Shown in pieces: positions 6,449 to 6,825 of a stretch of 6,825 nucleotides of DNA. Each line of letters starts with the position of its first letter. The stretch's first letter is position 1. The notes under the pieces were generated by a model that saw only the letters and a list, made by a program, of their open reading frames with translations, searched no databases and was not told the origin of the DNA. The position numbers were made by a program, and so were the translations under genes. This DNA comes from Paraspadella gotoi (lineage: Eukaryota; Animalia; Chaetognatha), in NCBI GenBank assembly GCA_051294375.1, contig JBJCIZ010000623.1, forward strand, positions 1 to 6,825. The letters run 5' to 3'.

Positions 6449-6683
6449 AGAGAGAGAGAAAAAAAAAGAATCGCCGGTTTTTCGAGGAAAAGGAAAAAAG
6501 AAAAAGGAAAAAAAAGGACATTTGTCGTTCCTTTATTTTTTTCCTTCTTTTCTCTATTTTTCCTTATCTTTCTTGCTCTTGCCCTTTCTTGCTCCTTTTT
6601 TTTATTCGACCCCGTTGTTTCCTTTTCGTTCTTAGCCATTATTGTTTCCCTCTTTCCTTTAATTTTTTTTTTTCTTTCTTTCT
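6449..6683. repeat. A/G-rich tract switching to T/C-rich tract (low complexity)
   Basis: Purine runs to about 6518, then pyrimidine runs from about 6528. Confidence 0.8.
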
Positions 6684-6825
6684 CCAACCTGTTTTACTGT
6701 TACTGTCCTAAAATATCACCTTCTTTGCATTTTAATCACCACGTAACACGAAATCTTAGCAAAAATCGTTACAGAAGATACTATTCGATTCTGTCCTCTT
6801 CCCTGTATCTTTCTTTCTCCCTTTA

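Noticed and set aside
5913-6711. 87-151-aa ORFs on both strands at the right end
   Set aside because: They are kept open by the GC-rich patch and CT/GA/A/T runs, and show no domain-like sequence.

Overview
This looks like eukaryotic (probably invertebrate) non-coding DNA. I see no credible protein-coding gene, RNA gene or CRISPR array. Most listed ORFs are translations of CT/GA/TCG simple repeats (S/L/P/F- or R/E/K-rich). About three quarters of the window is low-complexity: (CT)n/(GA)n microsatellites, a degenerate ~8-bp C-rich array (~2531-2793), a ~25-bp pyrimidine minisatellite (~2990-3570) and a hidden ~155-bp period at ~200-530. The segment ~4600-5920 is ordinary-complexity DNA. It holds the best-supported element, a ~710-bp putative non-autonomous Helentron-associated element (HINE/DINE-1-like) on the minus strand at 5191-5900. 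That element has a 30-bp 5' palindrome, a (GGTC/GTCC) tetranucleotide tract, a short inverted terminal motif and T-run flanks, but its 3' end is atypical. Similar but weaker 'hairpin then simple-repeat tract' modules occur at ~551-703, ~4484-4578 and ~4958-5065. The indel-rich repeat units suggest the flanks may be low-accuracy long-read sequence. I found no evidence of a novel protein-based system.
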